This document shows positions 27,001 through 38,746 of a stretch of DNA of 64,000 bases, one piece after another. The stretch comes from Vermamoeba vermiformis. Lineage: Eukaryota. Location of the stretch: contig JBEWZL010000220.1 in the NCBI GenBank assembly GCA_045837725.1, positions 186,001 through 250,000 of the forward strand. The letters are read 5' to 3'. The notes under the pieces are model-generated. The model saw only the letters and a program-made list of their open reading frames with translations. It had not been told where the DNA came from and searched no databases. Position 1 is the first letter of the stretch; each line of letters opens with the position of its first letter. A program made the position numbers and the translations under genes.

Positions 27001-28484
27001 TTAACGGATCCACATCCGAAGTAAAATAAAAGCTGCTAATATACTTCTCGCAAATGATAAATTAGACGCACTGGATGCTATTGGTCCAGATTGTGGTGTC
27101 TGCAAAGATGAAGGAGGCACGCCAACGATGCTGATTGGTTGGTTCTGGCTCACCGAACTGTTTGCAGCCCAAAATATCGCTCGAACAAGCATTTCTTGGT
27201 ACTGACCATAATAATCTCATTAGTAAAATAGCATCCTAAACGTTCTCAGAGAATCCCAAGTTCCGATCCGAAAGAATTCGATGTCTTGTCCAATTTTTTC
27301 ACAATGGTTTTTGAGCGAATATTGGGTTTCCAAAAAAGGAAATAACGTACTAATTGTGTTTGCCACACGTCCTCGCGATGTCCCATCGCATTATAGAACA
27401 CTCGTCCATCGCCGTAGTTTTGAAGCCACGCTATCGGATAAGGCTCCGCATCTCTGAATCAACTATTAGTACGCATATTATCCTATTTAATATATTTTTA
27501 AGTTACCTATATCGTTGTTCGTCCATTCCAGTGCTGTTTAACTTTAATAACGGGATAATTGTTCCGCTCAAATTGAAATTTTTGAACATGTACCATTCTT
27601 CGAATAGACTAAACGACGAAGCTATAAAAATGGTTAAACATGTTGCTGTCATATCATAATTTCCTAATTTGGATAAATTACCAAGATGAGCAGTGATCGG
27701 ATCTTCAAGCACTTTTGTTACCGTAGCTTTTTGTTGAGATCCGTGCCACTCAAACTCGCCTCCCTATACAATTACCTTAGTTTGAGTTACATATTATGTA
27801 ATTACATCATCTATCTTACTAGCATTTCTATATAAGGCAAAAAATTGTGCAGCGTGTCAGATGCGCAATGTAAACCAACGAATCCGTGACCAGCAGCGAC
27901 CCAATCAACAAGTTCTTGTGGTCCGGTTGATGCCATTGGCGTTCCCTATAATAAATTTTCCTATTTTAGGCGCACCGAACTTTTCTATCGAATTTGAAAA
28001 ATTTTGTCTTACGCCATCTGAACTAGTCTGGGTTAGATCTCCTGTCGTGTAGAAAATTACGACGTCATAATTCAATAAATTATTCGCGCTAATTGTATCT
28101 GCATCTTTTGTGTTTGTCACCTAAAGATTACGACAGCAATTAAAAAATCAAATTTTGAAAAACCTTGCCAAATCTTAATTATGCTTGTACTACCCTTAAA
28201 AATACGTACATGTTTTATGAAAATTATTTTCACTCGTAATAAAGGCAGTTGTCAATTTTTTAACCCGATCCAAGAATCGTACTTACATTGAATCCGTTCT
28301 TTGCTGCCAATGAGTTCATAATTTGGTCAATGAAACTCGGTTGGCCATTACTCCTAACAACCGTAGAGTGTTCGTAGCCTTGAGACTTTGTCAAGACAAG
28401 TACTCGCGGATTTGCTGCTCTCGCGACAGTATTTACGCATAAAACAGATAATATAACGATACAAATCCTGGTAATTATAACCAT
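27001..28484 (-). CDS. ThuA-like (class I glutamine amidotransferase-fold) secreted protein, multi-exon
   Basis: RVLVLTKSQGYEHS, YDVVIFYTTGDLT, GFVGLHCASDT, MLGGEFEWHG, EEWYMFKNF, YGDGRVFYNAMGHREDVW; signal peptide and hydrophobic C-terminus. Confidence 0.82.
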
Positions 28485-29278
28485 GTTGCTTACAAAATGA
28501 AATAATAATAAATTAAAGCGTCTTATGAGTCAAACAATTAATTTTGAACCGAAATTTATCTCGGTTTTAACGCACGAGCAAGATCTGGCCCAGATATAAT
28601 AAATTGTTCGTCTACTATTATACAACAGTCCGTATTTTCGAGGAAGACAACGTGGGCAAGGAGATCCGTACGAGCCCATTGCACACCCGGATTTCTCACC
28701 CACGATCAAGTCCTCCTCGAAAAAGTCTAATTAAGTTATATAACCATATTGGATAGTGTAGGACTGTGGCCAATTGAATAGAAAGATTATTTGTAATTTT
28801 TTTAAATATTTTTTTTCGATCGTTGACAAGATCCAGGCTCATTTAACGATCTACAAGTCTTGTAGTACTAGTAATAAATTATAAAAATACTTACGAATTT
28901 TTTGAACGACTTGGTTCGCACGCCAATTCTCCCATAATAAAAAATCGGATCCGATCGTGTTGGGCTAAAACAATCAAACAAGCGTAATGATCTGAAAATG
29001 GTTCAATTTTAATTTGACTTCAAATTATATTGATTATCAGGGCGAAATAGTTGGAATCTTGATGATGATGAAGGTATTCCCGTTCCCTTCGCCAATATCT
29101 CTTTTTTGCCTCAGATCTTATGCCAACATGTATATAATACCAATTTATATGACCTATATACCATTTTAATTACGAGGGTCTATTTTTGCGCGCTCTTCTA
29201 GCGTTTTTAGGCCAGATCTTTTGGCTCGATCCAGATGCGATCACAAATCCGCTTTTAGTACAAGAAATACAGTGGAAT

Positions 29279-29682
29279 TTATTTGCAAGATTTGCCGATC
29301 CATTCGTAATAATCGACATTACCAGGTCCTAATTGCGCTGAAATGACTTCCGGCACTGTGTAAGGATGATTTTTCTTGACGAACGATGTGATCTCGTCCA
29401 ATAATGCAGTCTTCGTCTTAATCATCAGTAATAATTCTTCATCGGCATTCAATTTGCCTTCCCACATATAATATGATTTAATTTTTGGGATTACGTTGAC
29501 ACAAGCGACTAATTTGTTCTCGATCAGACCTTTGGCCAGATCTGACAAAACACAAAGGAATTAAAATATGAATTTAAAGTATATAGAGCATATAATACGT
29601 AGTGGTACTTACTTTCAGCAACTTTTTCGTCCGGAACAGTGATCCAGGCCGCAGAATATTCGCTTTGAGTTGGATGTGACAT
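29279..29682 (-). CDS. cutA: CutA divalent cation tolerance protein, 2 coding exons
   Basis: ITVPDEKVAENLAKGLIENKLVACVN, SYYMWEG, HPYTVPEVI. Confidence 0.95.
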
Positions 29683-30401
29683 TATATTTCTTATAAGGGC
29701 GCTATTCAGTATTTTTCCTGTTTATTATATTATTATATTACTTTTTATTAGTATCTTAACAATATGAATGCAGATCTGAAGCCGTGTGATTGACAAATAA
29801 TTTTTAAAAATAATTTTGACACTCCTGATCCAATAAATCAATATTAAAATAAAAAATAATACTTACCACTACGATTGTTAATTTTGTTAATATTTTTGCG
29901 CGAGTTAACAAGTCGGCGGACCAGATCTGAGCGCAGGAACATCGAATTAGCAATAGAACCTTACCCAAACCACAAAGCGATGATTAATAACAATAGTTCG
30001 TGCTTATTGATCATATTTGATGCATTTACTAGATTACCTTGTCTTGTGCTCTTCAATCGACAAAATTTTAAAATTTTCTTTTCCCTCCGATAATTTTAAC
30101 TCGACTCTTTATCGCCTTGAATAATAAATCTTATTCAATACGAATAGGTCTATATAAAAGTGCTTTAATTTCACCATTTTTGCTCTGACTAGTTAAATTC
30201 TATCGACCCGATCTGCCTCCGTTGAACAATCAACCAATTCCATTATTAGAATATAACATGCGATGCATAATTACCTACTCTCTTAATTATTCGTGCTAGC
30301 ACAACTGACGTGACAGCACCGGATCCATGAATTTGCCTTGGCCAAATCACGTTTATTCAAAGGCCATTACTATTATCAGGTTTTATTAAATTCATCCTCT
30401 C

Positions 30402-33013
30402 TTAGTGTTGCTCTAAAGGCTCCCACGCTTTAATCAAGTGTTGTTGTGCTTCAATGCTGCGGACTGCAATGCGCACGAATGACGGTGATTCGTAACCTTG
30501 TTGACCCCATCTATATTTAAATACGATTGATATTAATATGTGGTGTATAATAAGGGTATATATTCTATTTAATCGTACCGTACTGGCACTCCTGCTTGTT
30601 TCGCTAACAATTGTGCTTTTTCAGCAATTTTATCGTCATGTGTGTCAATCCACAACCTAATATAACAATATATTAGCATTAAATAATAAGAATGATGTAT
30701 AGATATGATAATAATATCGTAATTGAGCTTCGTATTATCGTTCAAAAGTAACCGAAATGAGCGTGAAAATTAACCGTGAAATTTTTTCACGCGGCTGTCT
30801 AACCGAAAATTAAATCGGATTCAATAAGATTTAAAATACACCGTATTATATATAACTAAATCGTACCAGCTCGTCCATTTCTGACCATGAACAGTCCAAC
30901 TCGGATGTCGTTTTTTCAACCACTCAACTGTATATTCACGCCATTGAGTTGTCACGTCCCATGTCTGTTGCATATAATCAGCTTCAGTCACCACTGCTTC
31001 AATGAATGCTAGTGCTGCGGTGTTGAGCGACCACGGGACCTAATCGTTCATGAAACAAAAAATTCGTTAGTTTTTCTGCATTTAACAAGAATAACTTTAT
31101 TTTTCGCTCGGAACAATACGATTCGTAATGCTATTATAAAATACGATTGATAATCGAATGAATAACGTAACGAAGCAGATCCGCTAATGCGCGGATCAAC
31201 ACTAAAAATAATTTTGATATTTTTTTGTTCGTAATGATCAATTGAATATGTCTATAGCGATTATTTGTTATAATGAAGCTAATTAATCGTTAAACTTACT
31301 TGAATTCGTTTAATTTTGACCATTAATTCTTCACTCGGCGCCAAAACACTTCCAATTCGAATACCTTCACATCAATATTAATGCTAATTCGATATTATGA
31401 TACAATATGAACTATATGTATTAGTAAATATCAACGGCCGGTACCGAATTGCAAAAATTCTAAATTAGGGAAAATTCAATTTTTTTTGGAATCATCAATG
31501 CAAATCTCCGACGCTCGATTGAATCGAATATGATAATGGCATGATTATTAGATCGATAATAATGATTATAATCGAATACGTACCAGGACAAGCCCAAATT
31601 TTAGTCCAACTGTGCAGGATCCAAACGGCGATGTTACGCTCTTTCAATAACTTTTCAACCCATTCATGGCACGTTGTCAAACTATTTTCTCTCCAATTAA
31701 GTCCTTCCCAAGGCAACACTACGAACCAATATTATTATAATCAACTCCTGCGTATTTCAAAATCAAGTCGGCTAGATCCGGCCGGAGAAATTTTTTCAGC
31801 GACGAGATTTTAAAAACTTTCAAAATAATTATTAACATGTATTAAAATACGTACTTGATTCGTCTATTAATACGTAGCTATTATCAGCGCAATGTGTCTC
31901 GATATATTTTTTCATTTGTTCGACGGGCAAGTAATCGCCAGTAGGATTGCAAGGATTAATTATAGCACTAATACTAGCTACTGTCTTATCATTAGGATGC
32001 AATATTTGTCGTCCGTGAGCCTATATATCAAAATAATATAAGAATTAATGCAATAATAAGCTAAATTTTTTAAACGAGCCAATTTGTCCAGATCCGAAAA
32101 AAACTTTTTGAAACAAAGAATAATGATCATATTAGTACTCATATGATAATATTTATACATACTTCTGCGGCACGTTGATATTCGCGGTATTGGACTGGGT
32201 GGCCGTTAGCAAATGTGGATCCAGGCCTCCATGGTCCCGCGGGGGCGGATCTAGAAGAATTATTAGCGCATTTCATCTATTGCCATATACTATAATATAT
32301 GCACGATAGTATCATTAAGTGAATCAAATTCAATAGGAGATCTGGATCGTTCGTACCTCGTAATCAGATCTATTAACTCACTGGCGCCATTTCCCAATGT
32401 GAATCGAGATTTGACGTCTTTATTAGGCACGAGCCATTTAGCGAGGACTATAAGAGGGCTAGTTAGTTGGATCTGGCATCTACGTGTCACAAATTTTTCG
32501 TATTTTCTGACTTACGAGAAAGAGCGGGTTCAAAATCGGCAGCAGGGTAATGTTGAATAGTCTAAATAATAATATGCACATGTTAATTAACGTGTCGTTG
32601 ATATTTTTTTCACGATCAGGGATTCAACTTTCTTGAATAAGCCAGAAAAACCGAAAAAAATCTTGTCAAAAATGCCGTTAATTTTTAGAAAGTCGGTTAT
32701 AATAATGTGCGTCAAATAGAAAACTTTCTATCGACACGAAAAAAATATCTAATTGTATTACGGTCTCAAAATGCTATATTTACCTGAAGCGACGCGATTG
32801 CGGCCTCCAAAGCTGCATAAAATTTGAACGTGAATATTTTTAGATTCTAACCGATTTAAGAAAGAGCAATTCAATAGATCTACCTTTTTTTGGGATGCCC
32901 AGAGGGTTTGTCGTAACGCTAAAGTCTTCTTTATAGTTAGAAACTAAGCGCCAATCCTGTCCTCCGTGAAAAGTCTGCGTATTCGAATCCCAAATCTGTT
33001 TCTCTTCGCTCAT
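30402..33013 (-). CDS. PLP-dependent class I/II aminotransferase (HisC/CobD-like), about 10 exons
   Basis: FHGG, DFSVTTNPLG, HYP, GNGASELI, NPCNPTG, IDESM, HSWTKIWACPGIRIG (PLP lysine), VPWSLN, FVRIAVR. Confidence 0.88.
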
Positions 33014-33686
33014 TTTGCGTTTTGGAATAAATAAATCGATTTTTGACGTCTCCTTATTAATTTCCGCATTCATGATAATCGAGACCACATTTCTACATTA
33101 GGAGTTCTCAATATGATAAGATAAATATCTTCGCACAGCTTACGATAAGAAAATTTTGCGCACACACAAAAATTTTCTCGATCGAGAATCGGCGAATAGC
33201 TTTTTTTTCAATATCTTTCGATGAATTTAGGTGCGCATGGTCTAAAACTACGTGAAAATGCTAATTTTCCACAAAAGATCCTGCTACTAACCTCAACCGA
33301 CTACCTGAGCTGCGGATCTGCTAAAAAATACTTGAACTAAAGCTTTGTAACGAGAGTTTAGGTGCGTTAGGTCCTCAAGAAAGTATAAATTTCATATCGT
33401 TCAGGGATGCGTTCCAATTCAGAATGGACGCTTGCGATTGGTCCAATTGGCGGGATCTCTTCAGAAAATTGGCGCAAATTAATCTGATTCGTCGGCTCAG
33501 AAATTTCTTTTTCGTTTCACACCTGTTTGATAACGGAAAACTTGCTCGATTTCTCTTTTTCATCTCGAACAGGCAGCTGATAAACGAATCTGCTTCGGCC
33601 ATCCACTTTTTGTTTCAAACTGTCTGCTATTATTTCCCTTTGGGCTCAGATCCGTCCACCGTGGAGCCTCCTACTCGAGTTCAATA

Positions 33687-34504
33687 ATGCCCCGTAGAGC
33701 GACTAGTAAGTTTTTCAACCGAAACAAAAGTTTTCCTTCGATCGTCGTTTTTAAATTTTTCCAAATCCCGATGAGCGAAAGGAGTCGTAACCTATCGCAT
33801 TATTACACGTTCTAATAGTCTAACACTATTAATTTACAGAGGTTGTAACGAACTGTGCCATCTGTTTGGGTCATAATCGCGATCAGGATGATCCTTTCGA
33901 ACTTTGCGAGTCCCATTCGAAAGTGTTGTACAAAAAGTTCAATGATCTCCTTACTGCTTTCGAAGGTGACTTTGAAGAGATGGTCGTAACCTTACTTCAC
34001 CTTGGATCCAAGTTCAATAAGATCTCGCCAAACGAACTAGGTGAAATACTCGTTGATAGGCTCAATTGGACCTTGCCTAATTTATCGAGAGAGTCGAAGA
34101 GTGCCAGGTTTAATTCTACGCAAGCCCTTAAGCGATACTGCCGGGAGAAATACAAAGAGAATCCATCCAAGATGAAGAGCAAACCGCCGAAGAATAGTTG
34201 CTCCAAGAATGAATTCATGAACTGGGCCATCGCTAATAAAATAGACTTGTCAGCTTTCAAGACCAGAGCCTACAGAAAGCGCAACGTCAATCACAACCAA
34301 GAAGATTCGACATCCGGCGATAAAGAAATGAGCGAATCAATGGATATGGACTCTGAAGAAGACTCTGAACCAGAAGAATCCAGCGACCAAGAAGTTAAAG
34401 AGTCTCCTGATGCTGCTGGAACCGCTAATTCCGAATCTGGAAGTATGAGTGAAGCTGAACAAGCAGTCATTCAAGCTTTAACCGCTATGGACGGTCAGAT
34501 TTAA
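33687..34504 (+). CDS. Hypothetical protein with N-terminal CxxC-x13-CxxH motif and acidic C-terminus, 2 exons
   Basis: ATG 33687 exon MPRRAT splices (GTAAGT...TTACAG) in frame to KVVTNCAICLG...LCESH and the 212-aa ORF. Confidence 0.6.
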
Positions 34505-35025
34505 ATATCCGCTGCATTTTTGCGTTATGGCGGGGATATAACATAAGTCTGGCTGAATAGGCGAAGAGGATTCAGATGTGAAATATAATTGTATTATAAT
34601 CCTATTTATTTTGTTTATTTTGATGTAATTTACTTTTTGCGGTTTTGTATAAATATAAGGAATATATAAATAAAAGTTTTGCGTTTTTTCCCAACTTTGT
34701 GTTCGTAGATCGCGATCAGGCAGTTGCGATTCAATTTCGATTTCACAGCCAGAGAAAGACTCGTGACTGACATATATTGAATATATGGTCTCAATAGTAT
34801 CGCGGGCCAAAGATATGTTTCGTTTCACGTGCAAGAAAGAGATCTGCTGGATTGTGATTCCAAGCGGATTTGGAAAATTTCAAAAATGGAATCCGATGCA
34901 ATTAAATAAAGAATATTAACACGTCATTACATATTACATTGTAACGTAACAATAATGCATGTTGTTTTGACACAATTTTATTTACAAGCAAAATAGTTTC
35001 GCATCTACATCTCGATATTCCGTCT

Positions 35026-38000
35026 TTAGTATCGTCTCTTTGATAATCTCCAAGCATCCTTTTCATTGTACTTGTCGTGCAATGGTTCAATCTTTTCAGC
35101 CTTCTTTCTCTTGCTAAGTTGAGTTGGATCTGAAAGCTTGAAAAACTTTGGCGCGAATTCTACAAGCCATCTGGCTTCAATAGCTGTAACTTCGCGCATG
35201 TATTCTTTGCTAGTCTGTACTAACTCGTGGTAGATCACCCAATCAGGATTCTTCTGGAACAATGCGCTCGAAGGGTGGATGTAGACGGGAGTTCCTTCGA
35301 CGATCGTCTTGTAGCCTTCTTGCGGATCTTTCTTGGCTGCGTGAGTGAAGTAGCCCGCACAAATAGCCTTGCGGATCTTAGAGAAATTCTTGCCGGCAGA
35401 AACAGTGTCCAATTTGTAACGGTCCATGATCTGCAGCAGTTGTTTACGCACATCTTGCGCGCGTTTGAGAGATCTGACTTGAATGAAGTTCTCGTAACAC
35501 CAAGGGCTCGAAAACTTGTTCGCTTTCCAACTCTCGTAGACGGCCAATAAGGTCAAGTGGTCTCCTTCGGGCTGGAAGAATTTTGATTTCTTCTGATCGG
35601 CCAAAGCTTGTTTTTCTTTGGGTCTGTAGAACACGTTCTGAACGGAAAGCATGGCAACAATCGTCAAGATCTCTTCACTGCAGCCAAGTTCAACGGCAGA
35701 GAGCAACATCTTTGCTAACTGTGGATCGAGCGGGAATTCAGCCATCTTTCTGCCGAGTTTGGTCAACAAGCCTTCGTCATCGAGAGCACCTAATGTGTAC
35801 AAAGTGTGCATGGCAGAGACCATACTAGGCTCGCTAGGCTTGTCCATGAAGTCGAAGTTAAGCAAGTCGTTGATACCCATAGCTTTCAAGGTCAAGACTG
35901 TTTGGGCCATGTTGGCACGCTGGATCTCGGGCACGGGTGAGTCAAGCATTTCGTTCTTATAAGCTGCCTCTGTATAAAGTCGATAGCACTTGCCGGGGCC
36001 TGTACGACCTGCACGACCCGCACGTTGTTTGGCTGCAGCCTTGCTAATAGGAGCGACAACAAGTGCGTCCATTCCAGTCTTTGGATTGTAGACCTTCTGT
36101 TTGACGAAACCAGGATCAACCACGTAGTAAATTCCATCAATAGTGACTGATGTCTCGGCAATGTTAGTGGCAATGACGACCTTTCTGGAGCCAGGAGGGG
36201 CTGGTTCGAAAATCTTGGACTGCATTTCTGACGGCAAAGCTGAGTAGATCGGCAAGATGATGAGTTCAGGAACGCTGTCTCCTAGTGTCTTCATTCGTTC
36301 ATATAAAATCTGACATGACGTGTCGATTTCTTCTTGACCTGTTAAGAATACTAGAATGTCGCCTGGTGGTTCTGTCAAGTGAATCTGCATGACGGTGATC
36401 AAAGATGCGTCCAAATAGTCCGTTTCAGGTTCTTTGGCGAATAAAATCTCGACAGGGAAAGTTCTGACCAGGAATGGTGAAGATAGGGCACGAAAGGAAA
36501 TACTTCGAGAATTTTTCAGAATCCAAAGTTGCCGATGTGACAATCAACTTCAAATCCTTTCGCTTCTCGCAAGCTTGCTTCATCAATCCAAAGAGTACGT
36601 CCGTGTTGATAGTACGTTCGTGAGCCTCGTCAAGCATAATAAGGCTGTACTGTTTGAGATCCGGATCCATCAAGCACTCTCTGAGGAGCATACCGTCAGT
36701 CATGTACTTGATCTTGGTTTGAGGTGAGGTACAATCTTCGAAACGGATCGAGTAACCGACTTCTTCTCCAAGACGGCAGCCAAACTCTTCAGCCACACGC
36801 TTCGCTACGGACATTGCAGCGACACGACGAGGTTGCGTGCACGCGACTTTGCCCAATGAAGTGTAACCAGCCTCAGCCAAGTACTGCGTGATTTGAGTGG
36901 TCTTGCCGGAACCAGTTTCACCGACAACGATTAAAATCTGGTTCTCTTTGACGGCCTCGAGAAGTGCTTCTTTGAGTTTGAAGATTGGCAATGACTCTTT
37001 TTGTTCTTTCATCGACTTGTTGGTGACTTTGCCAAACTTGACGTTCTTGCCAAACGTAGCTTTCTTCCATTCAGGCAATTCTTCTTGTGCTGGCTCGCTC
37101 ATGTCGCGCAACTCAGCAGCCAATGTTCGTTCACCTTGTTCGGGCAAAGGATCTTCCCAAGGCTTGCTGAGATCACGTGGCATCGAGTTGTACACATCGC
37201 GCTTCTGTTGCTCGCGCAGCTCTCGTCGTTCTTTGGCCAAGTTGGATTGAGTAGCGGCTGATCGGGCCATAGAGCCTTCAGGGTTCTTAACAATCTTTGC
37301 AGGTTCGAGCATTGATGCTTCAGCCATTTTGCCCTTCAAGAACAACGGCTCAGCAGGGTTCAATTCGACTTCGAGATCGTGTGCGTCCTCCTCTTCTTCA
37401 ATTACACCTCTTTCTTCATCATAGTTAGGCAAGTCAGTCACTTTAATAACACCGGCATTCATGAGTCGCTCCATCTCCCATCGTTCAGGCGTGCTCATGC
37501 GCTTGATAGGTCTGCGTGGCTCGTCTTCATCGTCCACGTACTGAGAACGTTTGTTTCGGCCAAAGTCGTCGTCTTCATCTTCTAACGTGCGCAGAGGATT
37601 GAATCTCGTAGTGTCCACTTGCATGGACGAAGAAGTTCGGACCGGATTTAGATCTTCACCCGTGCGCTGATCGACTTCTTTCATGCTAAGACTGATGCGT
37701 TTGCCGACAGCTGCTTTGACCTTCACCTTGACCGCCTGGCCCTTGCTGACGACGTCACGTGGATTTCCAACGCGACTGTCTTTCATCTCGGAGACGTGGA
37801 CCAAACCTTCGCGTCGACCGCGGATGCCATCCAAAGCAACGAAACAGCCAAAGTCTACAACACTGCTTACTTTGCCGTTATAAATCTTGTTGATGACGGG
37901 CTCTTCGTCAATTTCAACACGTCTTCGTTTGTGGTCGCGAGATCTGCTTCGCGATCGACTACGGCGCCTGCTGTAACGGTCACGACTTCTACTTCTGCTT

Positions 38001-38411
38001 CGACTGCGACTTCTTCCTCGTCTATTACGGTCTCTAGAACGACTTCTGCTTCTACTCCTACTGCGCTTTCTATCGCTGCGAGTAGGCTCTTGTTTGATCT
38101 TCACGTCCTCGACAGATTTCTTGTTCAATAATTTTTGGCTGATCTTGTGGAGCTGGAGGAGTGACTGCTGGTGCTAATTTCTTTGGTCTGAGACGGTTGA
38201 TGAGCTTTAATAAATTATTTGAAAATTGTTCTGGAAAATCTGCTCCATTCTCTACTAATGCTGTTTGGAACTTGTCTATCGTCGGGTGCTGCTCAGCTAA
38301 ATTAATAATAAATTCTGCCAAGTCCTTGTCTCCAACACCCAAGTGATTCTCGAGTTCTTTGACGATCGTCGACACGAGAGACAGATACTGAATCTTTTGT
38401 AAAGCTTCCAT
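35026..38411 (-). CDS. DHX8: Pre-mRNA splicing DEAH helicase Prp22/DHX8, intronless CDS with two 1-nt frame breaks
   Basis: [18 protein letters not shown] domain, S1 domain, [24 protein letters not shown]-terminal WRLSKRR; frame breaks near 38133 and 36467. Confidence 0.95.
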
Positions 38412-38746
38412 TATGCACTACATATGCAAGTCAGCAATTGATATTTCTTCAATAAAGAAAAATCGTGAACATACCTCTTGTGGTAGACTAATCAAGAACA
38501 AGCGAATAAGAAATTTTGCCTTCGCTTTGACTTTTCTTCCAACTACGACAAAATTTTTCAAATCTTAATAAACGATTGAGCCGAAAAAGGTTATTAATTT
38601 TTATGAGACTAAGATATGCAACAATTAAGCGGTATGAATATGAGGAGCGCTGCTGAATTCCGAGGCGACTTTCAGCACCAACGGATCCGCATCTGTTGTC
38701 GCATTAGGTGGTAATGTTGAATGATTTATAAAATACAAGTCAATGC

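Noticed and set aside
37930-38070. Short-period repeat resembling a microsatellite or array
   Set aside because: It encodes the RS domain of Prp22; the RD repeat at 43250-43370 is likewise SAP18 coding sequence
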